From the NCBI RefSeq assembly GCF_006345805.1, contig NC_043007.1, positions 8,804,001 to 8,868,000 of the forward strand: DNA of 64,000 nt, written 5' to 3'. The notes below the pieces were generated by a model. It made no database searches. It saw only the letters and a program-made list of their open reading frames with translations, and was not told the DNA's origin. Source of the DNA: Octopus sinensis (lineage: Eukaryota). Shown here piece after piece: positions 27,897 through 40,212 of this stretch; position 1 is the first letter of the stretch; every line of letters begins with the position of its first letter. Both the position numbers and the translations under genes were made by a program.

Positions 27897-28131
27897 TATA
27901 TATATATATATATATATACGACAGGCTTCTTTCAGTTTCCGTCTACCAATTCTACTCACAAGGCATTGGTCGGCCCGGGGCTATAGCAGAAGACACTTGC
28001 CCAAGATACCACGCAGTGGGACTGAACCCAGAACCATGTGGTTGGTAGGCAAGCTACTTACCACACAACCACTCCTGCGCCTTGTTTTTTTTAATTAAAA
28101 ATTCGGACAGAACTTATGGGATAACCTGATA
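26598..28131 (+). mobile_element. Mariner (DD34D) transposon, inactive, 3' UTR interrupted by a SINE
   Basis: MDVSKEYLRHIMLYEY, WVPHEL, VTGDEK, HQDNARPH and HPPYSPNHAPSDYHL to the stop at 27610. TIR-like CGGACAGAACTTATGGGATAACCTGA-TA at 28104-28131. No 5' TIR found. Confidence 0.92.
27645..28081 (-). mobile_element. SINE family A nested in the mariner 3' UTR
   Basis: Full-length copy lying between the transposase stop and the 3' TIR. Confidence 0.9.
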
Positions 28132-28541
28132 ATATATCATAATACTATTTGATTCTTCGATTTGAAGCGACAACTTTTAAATGCAAACAAATTACTGAAA
28201 AATGATGAGCTAACTCCAGCCAGAACCGAACCTACAAATCAACGCTAACACAGCTCCATGCGCATTCGATTAGGTCAAACGCTCGCCCATCCATTTCAGT
28301 CAAATTTATATACAAACATATCAAACTATGTGAAACGAAGGCATTTCTCTTCCACTTTTTATATACGATTTCCACATATTTTCAACTAGCGGTTCGGCAA
28401 AAGATCGAAAGACTAAGTAACAGGCTTTAAAAACGAAAATAATCACTAGGGTTGATTCATTCGACTTAAATTTCTTCAAGGCGGTACCTCAGGAAGTAAA
28501 GGATAAAAAATACTCCATCTATCAACTAACCGTCGAAACAT

Positions 28542-28970
28542 TATTTTTCTTTATTGCCCACAAGGGGCTAAACGTAGAGAGGACATGTGTTTAGCTCCTT
28601 GTGGGTAGTAAAGAAATAGGTATTTCGTCTGCCGCTACGTTCTGAGTTCATATTCCGCCGAGGTCGACTTTGCCTTTCATCCTTTCGGGCTCGATTAAAT
28701 AAGTACCAGATACGCACTGGGGTCGATCTAATCGACATAATCCGTTTGTCTGTCCTTGCTTGTCCTCTCTGTGTTTAGCTCGTTGTGGGTAGTAAAGAAA
28801 TAGGTATTTCTCCTGTCTTTACGTTTTGAGTTCAAATTCCGCCGAGGTCAACATTGTCTCTCATCTTTTCGGGGTCGATAAATTAAGTTCCAGTTGTGTA
28901 CTGGAGTCGATCTAATCGACTGGCCTCCACCCCAAAATTGCGGGCCTCGTACCTAGAGTAGAAAAGAATA
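28542..28970 (+). mobile_element. SINE family B multimer with inverted tail at its 5' end
   Basis: Junctions at 28619/28620 and 28803/28804 (184 bp apart). 28542-28585 is an inverted tail copy. Confidence 0.85.
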
Positions 28971-30752
28971 TTTTAAAGAAGCACTGTACGTAATTGTAAT
29001 TCACTTCCTAACCGATAATTTTAATACTATCATTGAAACATTATTAACTTTGAACGGCTCTAAATTATCTTCACTTATTTGTTTGTTAATATTTTTATCT
29101 GTTAATAATTTTCAATGTTTTATTTAATTTCGTTAATGAAATTCCGCTTAATAAAATGCGCCTAAGGAAACTCGTATAAATTTATGTTTATACACAACCG
29201 CGCGCGCAAACACACGCAAACACACACACACACACACACACGCACAAACTCATATACTCCCAAACAAAATCGTGTATACTGAAATTATAACACAATGAAA
29301 GAATTAAAAATATTTTTAAAAATGTGAATATTGGTAAACTGAACGTGAAGATTTAATAATAATAATAATAATAGTAATAATAATAATAATAAAGATAATG
29401 AGAGAAAGAAATGTAAAACAACAAAGATTAAACAAAAGGAAGAAAAATAAACATCAGTTTTAAGATCCATAATTTGTGAGAAAAATATGGCGGAAATTTT
29501 TCAACTAATTTTTATAATTAAATCCGACAAAACAATCCTACTAATACTATTGCCGCTTCTTATCTTTTATTCTAGCAACATTTTGTAGTTTCTTGTTGAC
29601 ATCTTCCTACCAGCCTCACAAATTATAGAAGCTGTCCATGTGATTTCTTACAAATAATCTTAAGTCAGTTGGATATTATTGCTTAAAGCTATATTCAACA
29701 TTGTCTGTATTTCAACACCACTATAGAAGAAGATGGCAGCTTTGTATTAAATCTCTTCGCTTTTGCATCATTCAGGAAGCAGTGCAGTATCCTCACAATG
29801 TTAATTATCTTGCACTATCTGCATTGCAAAGCATTAGCCATTAATTAGTTGCTCAAGTAATTGGCTTCACTTAATTCGTTTCTATGACGTCACTGTAATT
29901 TATACGGCTACTGTCATTCATGGAAGATGTCACTGGTTTAATCACCGCCGTAATAATTAATTAGGAGTTGTACTTGTTTGGCAAGTGACTTGATCACTAA
30001 CCACGTGATGAAGCTGAAACAATTATATTGTAGAAGAGTAATTTTAGCCATTTAAAAACACACTGAACCTGTCATATTCACTCTCCTCTTAGTTCATAAT
30101 AATACGATCAATTACGAACAGCTAAAAGTCTTTGTCACACGTCTATGACAATATTACTGATACAAATATAAAGCATCCGTTTAAAAATAAGTTACAGATG
30201 TTATATTTGCTTCTGTTGTTCTCTTTCCATGCAGCTCTTTTCCTTCTACATGCATTTATGTCTTTTAGCTACCTCCAGCTGTACAGAAGGTAAATTTAGA
30301 TATATTTTTTAATATCTTGATTAGTATATATTTTGTTTTTAACCTTGATATATGTTTCCGTGCCTTCTCCTCTATAATAGCCGTTACAACAGTTGAGAGA
30401 TGGATCTTTAGTCATATTCAGATATGATTCTCTCTCTATTATCTCCATCTGTAAGTTAAAATTAGTTAAATGTACAAGTTTGACGATCTGTCTTTTTCCA
30501 ACGCGTTGGCAGCAGGGGTTCATCGGCGAAGTCTGTGTTGAATATGAAGACAAATTTGAGAGTGGCAGGGAATAAAAGGAAAGCGGATATTGGCCATTAC
30601 TGTCGACCTGCCAGCTGGAAGACACTAGTTTAAGTTGAAAAGGCATAAGGAAATTTGGACTCGACAGGATGATTTTCTCACGGTTGAAAGCCACAGTCAA
30701 AAGTATGTGGAGCTATTATACATATATACGTATATGCAAACATACACTCGTG

Positions 30753-30784
<32 letters not shown>

Positions 30785-30977
30785 TGTATGTATGTATGTA
30801 TGTATGTATGTATGTATGTATGTATGTATATATATATATATATGTACATATACATATAATTCATACCCACACAAAATGTATTGTTACAAATTTCGGTTAG
30901 CAATTTCTTGAAACTCAAAGCATAAAGACAGGCGAAATGCCGCTAAGAGTTTTGCCTCGCGTGCTAACGATTCTTAT

Positions 30978-31203
30978 TTCTTTATTGCCCACAAGGGGCA
31001 ACACCCAGAGGGGACAAACAAGGACAGACAAACGGATTAAGTCGATTATATCGACTCCAGTGCGTAACTGGTACTTAATTTATCGACTCCGAAAGAATGA
31101 AAGGCAAAGTCGACCTCGGCGAAATTTGAACTTGGAACGTAACGGCAGACGAAATACTAAGCATTTCGGCCGGCGAGCTAACGTTTCTGCTAGCTCGCCG
31201 CCG
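30978..31203 (-). mobile_element. SINE family B monomer inserted in an older family-B head
   Basis: Full reverse-complement monomer; an older head fragment lies at 30928-30977. Confidence 0.85.
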
Positions 31204-31249
31204 TCCCACGCTCAAAATATGCTAATATATATTCATATACGCTTTCTTT

Positions 31250-31591
31250 TATTCTTTTATTTGTCTCAGTCGTTTGACTACGGCCGTGAGGGAGCGCTGC
31301 CTTTAATCGAACAGGTCTTATTCTTTGTAAACCTAGTACCTATCATATTGGTCTCTTTTGCCGACCCACTAAGTTACGGGGACATAAACACACCAACATC
31401 GGTTTTCAAGTGATGCTGAGGGACAAACACAGACACGAGATTCTTTCAATTACCCTCTACCAAATCCACTAACAAGACTTTAGTTGGCCTGAGGCTATAG
31501 TAAGAGACATTAGTTCAAGGTGCCACGCAGTGGGACTGAACCCAGAACCATACGGTTGGGAAACAAGCTTCTTATCGCACAGCCATGCCTT
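31250..31591 (-). mobile_element. SINE family A, diverged
   Basis: Homologous body and tail. Confidence 0.8.
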
Positions 31592-31642
31592 ACAAAACAT
31601 ATTTATGTATACAGTTCTATATTTAAGAGATTAGGAATTATG

Positions 31643-31860
31643 TACATTATTTACGTTGTTTACATTCGACGGATATTTGTCCTCATCTTGTTTGTTGTTA
31701 ACAAGAATTGTTTGTTGCTAACACAGGAATGAGAACCCAGGTTCGAAATTTCACCAAGACACCCGAAGAAGGCTGGAGGGTATATCAGCCGAAACGTTGT
31801 TTAAACAACAAACAAGATGAGGACAAATATCCGTCGAATGTAAATAATGTAAATAATGTA
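31643..31860. mobile_element. Penelope-like fold-back with hammerhead motif
   Basis: Arms 31643-31704 and 31797-31860 are near-perfect reverse complements. The spacer ends in C(C)GAAGA-A-GGCUG-loop-CAGCC-GAAA-CG-UU (31763-31798). Confidence 0.7.
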
Positions 31861-32229
31861 TATTTATGTATGTCTATCTACATAAACAGCTTAAACTGAC
31901 ATAGTTAAATATAAAGTCAATTAACAACGAAGAGAAACAAACAAAATATTAAGAGGGCAGATGAAAAGGAAAAGAGCAGAAAACAAACAATTCTAAGCTT
32001 AGAGACATTGGACAGTGATTAATTTTCAACATATGCCACGTAATGAGAACACTTATGTGCTTGGCGATGCATTATATTCTCTGTCCTCTTTAGATATAAA
32101 AGGAAACTGAATACGTCAGTCATGTGTGTCGGTTGATAACTGTCATGATACTGGTGTGATGTAATTACGTGATATGATAATTAATCCTTTCTGCTTTTGG
32201 GGATAAAGGTCTGAAAAATTTATGGGGAG

Positions 32230-32405
32230 AGTATTAGTCGATCACATCGATCCCAGTACTGAGCTGGTACTTATTTTACCAGCCCCGAAAGGATGAAAAA
32301 GGATAGAGTCGACCTGGGCAGAATTTGAATTCGGAACTTAAAGAACCAGAAGAAACGCCGCTTAGCATTGTGTCCGACACGCTCATGATTCCGCTAGCTC
32401 ACTAC
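32230..32405 (-). mobile_element. SINE family B, diverged
   Basis: Homologous head and body. Further copies at 37030-37180 (+), 37540-37745 (-) and three decayed tandem copies at 51486-52095 (+). Confidence 0.75.
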
Positions 32406-32410
32406 CTCCT

Positions 32411-32473
<63 letters not shown>

Positions 32474-32511
32474 AACTACTACTACTGCTACTATTAGTAT
32501 TATTATTATTA

Positions 32512-32571
<60 letters not shown>

Positions 32572-32597
32572 GTAGTAGTAGTAGTAGTAGTAGTAGT
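32411..32597. repeat. Compound (ACT)n-(ATT)n-(AGT)n microsatellite
   Basis: Direct reading. Confidence 0.95.
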
Positions 32598-33291
32598 GTA
32601 CCATGTAGTGTATTGTGAGTGCATAACGAAGTACCACGTACCTGCATATCTTTAATGTTTACATACCAGCCCCAGGAATGTGTCTAATATGTAAATTGAT
32701 ATATCCAATAACTTAACACCGCTGTATGCGGTGGCTATATAAGGAATGTGTTCGGAAGAAACAGTAGGTTAAATGATAGCTGAAGAAGGGGCAACAGACC
32801 CTGAAATATGACATATACACTTATTACCCATTTTTTTCTTCAATCACATTGTCTATTTACATCTGAGGTCTCGATACGAAACGTTACAGCAACAATCAGT
32901 GCTGGCTATTAGTTCTATAGGATATATAAAGCAATAATCGTAAGAAAATAATATAAAAGCACTGCTGACGCAATGGAACGTAGTACTGACTTATGAAAAC
33001 ATTTAGTATACCTTGACTGAAAGAAGTAAAATGTAAAAGGTAAGCACCGGATACATTGAAAGTTAAATCAGACATCAACCACTTTTTATTACCACAATAT
33101 GTTGAACAAAGCTTACACCCCCCTGTACATACACACTGTCACACCCATACGATCATATACACACCCACTCTCATTTTATTTATACACACACTCATGCACA
33201 CTCACACATATATTTCAACATATTCACTCAGAAATATGCACAGACGGTACATCCACGACCATCTCGTCCTTCTGTATATCCTAATCTGATA

Positions 33292-33696
33292 AGCAACGGT
33301 GTGGCTGTGTGGAAAGTTGTCTGCTTCCCAACCACATGACTTCACGTTCTGTCCCACGGCGTGGCTCCTTGAGCAAATGCATTCTGCTACAGCGTCGGGT
33401 TGACCAAAGCCTTCTGAATAAATTTGGTAGATGGAAATCAAAAGAAATCCATCGTATATATTATATGTGCATTATTTTGAGTGTGTGTGTGTGTTTGTAA
33501 TTGTCCCCACCACCACATGACAATCGTGGTTGTGTGTGTTCATCCCGGTAACTTAATGGTTCAGAGAACGGATCGATAGGATATGTGTCAAGTTTGAGAA
33601 AGTAAGGACTGGGATCGATGCGTTCTCTAAAATTCTTCGAGGCGGTGCCCCAGCATGGCTGAAATATAAATCACTGAAACAAGTCAATTATAAACG
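33292..33696 (+). mobile_element. SINE family A, old diverged copy
   Basis: Head GTGTGGCTGTGTGG, body and GGCGGTGCCCCAGCATGGC tail. Confidence 0.7.
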
Positions 33697-34014
33697 ATGA
33701 AAGATAAAGTCGGTAAGTGTTGATCTGAGGTACAGGCTGTTATTTGTAGCAGGTCGAAATCATGTCCGTATTACCGATCTGTTTCAAAATGCTAAGTGGC
33801 ATTTTTTTCTGAGTTCGATTTCCTCTGATTCGATATTACCTTTCATATCACCGAGTTGATGAAATATGTACCAGCCAAATACAGTGGTTGGTAAAATAGA
33901 TTGGCCCCCCTCCTCGCAAAGCTGTTGCCATTGTAATAAATTTACGAAGTATTAGAGATTTTCTAAGTACTGGAGATTTGCACAGATACCCAAGGACAAA
34001 CAAGATAAAACTGG

Positions 34015-34320
34015 TACTCCGTTGGTTACGACAACGAGGGTTTCAGTTGATTCGATCAGCGGGACAGACCGTTTCTTAAATTACCGTGCAAGTGGCTGAG
34101 GACTCCTCAGACATGCGTACTCTTAACGGAGTTGTCAGGGAAATTATGTGTGACACACAAAATGTTTCAATGCTGCCCATTTGAATTACAGGTATAACTA
34201 GTTTTTGCCAGCTGAATGAACTAGAGCAACTTCAAATGAATTACCTTGGTCAAGGAGGCACAACAAGCCACCGGGACTCGAAATCATGACCTCACGATCG
34301 TGAACGGAACACCTTAACGA
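34015..34320 (-). mobile_element. SINE family C (tRNA head, CORE-like segment), diverged
   Basis: ACTCCGTTGGTTACGAC..GAGGGTT tail shared with 45277-45632. The reverse complement has a CORE-like CCTTGACCAAG...GTTGCTCTAGTTCATTCAGCTGGCAAAAA segment. Confidence 0.7.
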
Positions 34321-34665
34321 ATAATCAACGAGACTCAAGAGCACAAATGGAAACAAACAAATCCGAGACCTTTCAGGTAGTTAACCTATGATATATTCGC
34401 AACACCGTGCGTATGTGTGTGCGAGTGTGTGAAAATGTGTGTGTGTGTGTGTGTGTATGCATGTGTGGGCATGCCAATGTGAGTGTCTGTATGTATGTGT
34501 ACTCGTGTGTGCGCAAGTGTTTATGTATATATATACACAAACATATATAATATACACGCTTATATATATATGTGTGTGTGTGTTTGTGCGTGCGTCTGTC
34601 TCTCTCTCTCTCTATATATATATATATAATATATATCAATATGCATGTATGTATGTATGTATATG

Positions 34666-34730
<65 letters not shown>

Positions 34731-34746
34731 TATATATACATACATG

Positions 34747-34817
<71 letters not shown>

Positions 34818-35610
34818 CGATACTGAAAAAGTTACACAAGCGAAAAATATATTCAAAGCAACATGTACAAAATATTAATTTTCAACGGAGGAAAAAAAAA
34901 AAGAAAAAAAAACTTAAACCCGAGTATGATGCAAATTGTTAACAAAAAATATCCGAAAGACAAGTAAAAAAAAAATAACAAAACTACAAAATACAAAATA
35001 ATATTAATAATAATTATTATTAGTAGAGAAAAAAATGGAAGATGAAACTACGGATAAGGTAGCAATCAACATTTTTGTTAATACATCCCCATAGTTATTA
35101 TTGTGTATACAGTTATATATACATGTCACAAATATATATACTCGTGTGTTTGCACTTCATTATTTTTTTATGTATATTGATGTAGTTGATTTGCGTAGAA
35201 ATATATATATGTGTACAATCGCTAACGAATATACACTTTCACGGGCGTGCACACACGTACACTCTCATACCCACCTAAAAAATACGCATGTACGCGCACA
35301 CATATACGTGATTGGGGATTTGCTGTTGTTGAAGTATGTGTGGGTCTGTGTGCGTGTTTGTATTGTATGGGTGTGTATGCATGTGGACGTCTGTGTATGT
35401 GTGTGTGTGTGTTCATACGTAAATGAGGAAGTAAATACATACGTTTATTTATACAATATGTATGTATATACATGTTTATATATATAAATGTATATATGTA
35501 CATACATATATATATATATACATATATACATGTACATTATATACACAGACATATATATATATATACATATATATAATAATCATCTATACATACATATATA
35601 TATCTCCCCC

Positions 35611-35664
<54 letters not shown>

Positions 35665-36358
35665 TGTGTGAGTGTGTATAAATAAATAAACAATATAAAT
35701 ATATACAAAATATCTATATCTATCTATATAAGTATATATATATATACATATACACGTATAAGCAGACACATTCGCATCCATTCACATGTACACACACACA
35801 CACACACATACACACACACACACGCACACACACACACACACATATATGTACGTTTCTTTTACAACTTGTAACCAGAATAGACTAATTATAAATTGCATTA
35901 TATATGAGGTCGATAGTGATACCTACAATATACGGCGGTGTAACATTGAAGATAAATTACACAAGAAAAATTCACTGACTCTGTAATATGTAGAATATAC
36001 GTTATGAAAATCCTGATTATATTTTGATGTGTTGTCGAGATAAGAGATAAGCATCATCTGGGTATATTTCTGGGAGTTGATTGAAGCACACACACACAAA
36101 CACACACACTCATATACAAACACAGACACATGTATACACACATATATATATATACAAGCACATACACATACATATAGATGCACAAACATAAATTCATATA
36201 TGAATATATATATTCATGCATATATGTATACATATCTCCACACACACACGCACACACACATATATATATTTATATACTTACATATATATAAGTATATATA
36301 TATATATGTATATTTATATGTATATAAATATAGGTATATATATGTATATATATATATG

Positions 36359-36399
<41 letters not shown>

Positions 36400-37310
36400 A
36401 TAGATAGATAGATAGATTGATATGTATGTATGTATTTATATACATATACAAACCGCCACACCTACACACACACATATATATACATATATATATATTTACA
36501 TATATTATATGAATACATATGAATGTATTTATATGTGTGCTTAAGCTTTAGTAGTCGCGTATTGATGTTTTACCAAAACAAATCAGGAATAATATAATAC
36601 GAGAACAAATAGCGAATCGTTTTTTTGTTCTTTACCGTCCATTTTTTTCTTCTATCTTATCTTTATGTATTTCTAAGATGCAGCGGCTGGAGGCCATATT
36701 GCTATTGTTTCCACTCATACCAGCAGTAATGGCGGAGATCACTGCCAAAAATTACTTCATTGAAGACCCTTTATCTTGTCGCTTGACCTGCTACAATGAA
36801 CATTTAATATCTCCTTGAAATGTCACTCATCCTACCACGCTATTAAAACTTAAATGACGCGTTGATTAGCGTGTTACTAGTTTTGCTAGATGTAAATGAA
36901 ATCTCTCACCAGGACTGAATTCTTGCCTTGGTGATCGGTGTGTTTCAGGAATTCTACATTTGAACAACAGCAACTTCCTATAATAAGGAATATTCTGTTT
37001 GTGACCAAGGCGACGACCTAGTGCAATAGTTAACACGTCGAGCAAAATGCTGCTAAGCATTTTGTCCGTCTTCACGCTCTGAGTTCAAATGCCATTGAGG
37101 TCGACTTTACCTTTCATTCTTTCGGGGTCGATGAAATAAATACCGGTTGAGTACTGGGGTTGATGTAACCGACTAGCTCATTTCAAGTGTCATACGAGGA
37201 CCTCATGTTGCATCATTAACGTCTTATCGCATTTCAATGATTCGTTCTAGCAATGGCTTGCTTGAACATGATAAAGCAGCTACTATATATATATACATAC
37301 ATACATGCAT

Positions 37311-37348
<38 letters not shown>

Positions 37349-39455
37349 GCAGAGAGAGAGAGGGGGGAGAGAGAGAGGGGAGAGAGAGAGGGGGAGAGAG
37401 AGAGAGAGAAAGGAATAAATAAATAGACAGCTAGCTAGCTAGCAAGATAGATTAGATAGATAGACAAACGTGTTTGTGTGTGGGCCTGTTGTTTAAATGA
37501 GGATTTATACACAAGATAATTATCCTGATAATTGTTTCGACTGTAGGCACAAGACCAGTAAATTTGGTGGAGAGGACTATTGGATTCCATTGATCCCAAT
37601 GCTCAACTGTTACCTAATTTTTGGACACTAAAAGGATGAAAGGCAAAGTCGACTTCGGTCGTGTTTGAACTCTGAACTTAAAGACGGACGAAATGCCTCT
37701 AATCATTTTGTCCGGCGCGGTAATGATTCTGCCTGCTCTCCACTTTGAAATATTCCAAACACAGGTTTGAAGTAAAAAAAAAAAAAAAACCATATCCTTC
37801 TCAGATTTATTTTTCATTTGCCTTGCCTAATTAAAAATTTGCAATTAGCCCCAGTGGGAGTAGATTACATGTGGACAAGTCACTGCTCATTTTGTCATGC
37901 CACAGTTGAGAAAAAAAAAAGAAAAAAATCATTGACATTGTAAATTTTTTTCGAAAATTTCAAAACCGAGAGAAAATAAATAACAAAAGTAATGGAAGAT
38001 GTTTTCTTCAGTAATTATGTAACGAACGAACGGAATATTAAATAATATGCTTCCGTCAGTTTTAACCCCAACTGAACTCAGTAACTGCTATAATATTTCT
38101 TTAATTCGTCCACAAAATATTTTAATATATCATTCGAAATGTTTATAAAAAATATTGAAAAATCTTTGCAGGCCTTTCTAGTCACGTTTCTTGCAACTAA
38201 TAAATTTACAATGCTACTAAATTTAATCCAGGTTCTGCATATAAAAAATATATACAATTGATCTGTCCATGACATATTGATTGTTGCTCCAATTCCTTAC
38301 CTTCCTCAACTCTTTGGTGCTGCAAGCGATTGATTTTTAAATCCAAGATAACATGTGTGATTGTTTTGTTTTTTTTTCCTGTTTTCATAGGACTCGAATG
38401 TCTTGTTGAGTTTAAATATTTTTGCGTTCTAAACCTATTCACCTTTCTACTGGTCATCCATAAATAAACCTTAACTGGACCGCCTCTTCCAACCAACTAG
38501 TTTGGTTAAGTTTTGTTATGAAACAATCGAGCACCCAATCCCAAATAGGGCGGCGCACCATCCTGTTGGGAAAAAAACTGCTGTTAGCAAATGGTGCAAG
38601 TGTGGTACAAAAGAATAGATAGAATAAATTGCGGAAGCTGTAAAGATAATTTATAGATATTCTCTAACCTATGAAATCAGTAATATGCAGTAAAGCTAGC
38701 ATATGAGTTGCCAATGATAGGAATATATTTTACTCTTTAATGCGAATGTCTGTAGATTGTTGCTTCTCCTGCAAGAAATAGCAGCCAAATATCTCAAATT
38801 CTTCAAATTATATATAAGCAGAGCATTTTTCTTCGTATGTCAGTACAATGACTGCTGGCTATGGTTAAAAGCCCTCTCAGACTGAATCTTACCCCAATCT
38901 ATGTCTTGAAAATCATATATGTGATCAAATTGGCATATTAACTGATTTGCATTACACCCGTCTACAATACTTAATAGGATCTTATTTATTTTAAGAGGGT
39001 AAGTTTTTTTTTATCTCAGGTACATTTAACTGTTGTTTGTAGTAGGTCAATTTATTCACGCTGATATTAGTCGTCCCCGTTTTACATAACAAAGTTTTCT
39101 TTGTCTTTGATATATCGAAAATAAGAAGATCCTACCCCAGCATCTCCATCTTCATAACCGAGGCGCGCGCCATTGAACGACAAGAAATGACACACAATTG
39201 GTCTTCAAATCGCACATTAATCTAGAAAATCACATATATATGATCACAAAATATGGATAGTTGATCCTGTTCATGCTTTATTATTAGCATAAACCTGCGT
39301 TTACAAAAAAAAATTATTTCCTATCTGTATCTTTCAATACACCTCAACGATTCTTAAGCAAACCTATTTTGTTGACTTTCAACCCAAGTTGAATTCAATT
39401 CCTCCTCTTCACTCTATATTTCATATCTTCTCTATTACTTAAACATTTTCTCGCA

Positions 39456-39506
39456 CAGCCTCTGATGAAAGGATATATAAAATATCCCGGAAACAGCTGT
39501 AAGACC
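39456..39506 (+). ncRNA. Minimal type-I hammerhead ribozyme motif
   Basis: CUGAUGA(39462)-AA-GGAUAU-AUAAA-AUAUCC-CG-GAAA(39490)-C-AGCU-G-UA. Core intact, palindromic AGCU tetraloop; stem I only partly paired. Confidence 0.7.
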
Positions 39507-39522
39507 TTCTCTTTATAAAGGT

Positions 39523-39603
39523 TCTGTAAACATTCATAGCCTTCGATTTTTTATCTGATTCTGTTATTTTATATACAGATATATATATATGATTCTGTTA
39601 GTT

Positions 39604-39651
<48 letters not shown>

Positions 39652-39653
39652 AT

Positions 39654-39693
<40 letters not shown>

Positions 39694-40135
39694 GTGTAAA
39701 CTAACAGAATCAGATAAAAAATCCAAGGCTGTGAAAGGTTACAGATCTCGAAAAAGTGTAAACAAGCAACAATAAATCTCTGAACGAGATATAAAGCTAC
39801 AAGCTACAGTAGCATCAACTATTAGTGGTTAGACACATTCAAGTGACAAATATACTTTACATTTTCGTGTAGCTGCTGTTTATACCTCGTTCAGAGATTT
39901 ATTATTGCTCGTTTACACTTTTTGGAGATCAGTGACTTTTCGTCACTGACAAAAGGATATATATATTTGTATTGGGACTCTTCGCATCGAAGACCGATGA
40001 TTGTTGTGCGCTGATGACTGGTAAATACTCAGAAACTCGGTTCCGTGCGTATCACGTCAGGTCGGTGATAGGAAGGATGGCTTCCCTTTGCAAATACTGA
40101 TAGGGCACAGAAGGTGTGTCAGTAGCCAGCTGGAG
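39523..40135. mobile_element. Cluster of Penelope-like pseudo-LTR pieces in nested inverted orientation
   Basis: IR1 39523-39566 (plus 39591-39607) vs 39695-39745 around (TA)n(TG)n. IR2 39751-39795 vs 39879-39923. 39796-39860 and 39950-40135 are homologous to the 3971-4532 element. Confidence 0.7.
40005..40049 (+). ncRNA. Minimal hammerhead motif, decayed stems II and III
   Basis: GUGCG-CUGAUGA(40011)-CUGGUAAAUACUCA-GAAA-CUCGGUUC-CGUGC; homologous to the motif at 4136-4176. Confidence 0.55.
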
Positions 40136-40145
40136 AATGAAGAGC

Positions 40146-40212
40146 AAAATATTGATGAGGGAAGCAGACGACGCCCGCCGATCAATGCTTCTCGAAAACA
40201 TTGTTCTGTTTT
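40146..40212 (+). ncRNA. Type-I hammerhead motif with all three stems and a single C3U core change
   Basis: Stem I AAAAUA/UGUUUU; core UUGAUGA (40152); stem II GGGAAGCA/UGCUUCUC closed by G-C; GAAA (40194); stem III AC-AUU-GU; UUC triplet. Confidence 0.6.

Noticed and set aside
24912-29892. Two CRE palindromes TGACGTCA (24912, 29885) and scattered TAAT/TTTAT homeodomain-like sites
   Set aside because: Counts are compatible with chance in 64 kb of AT-rich DNA.
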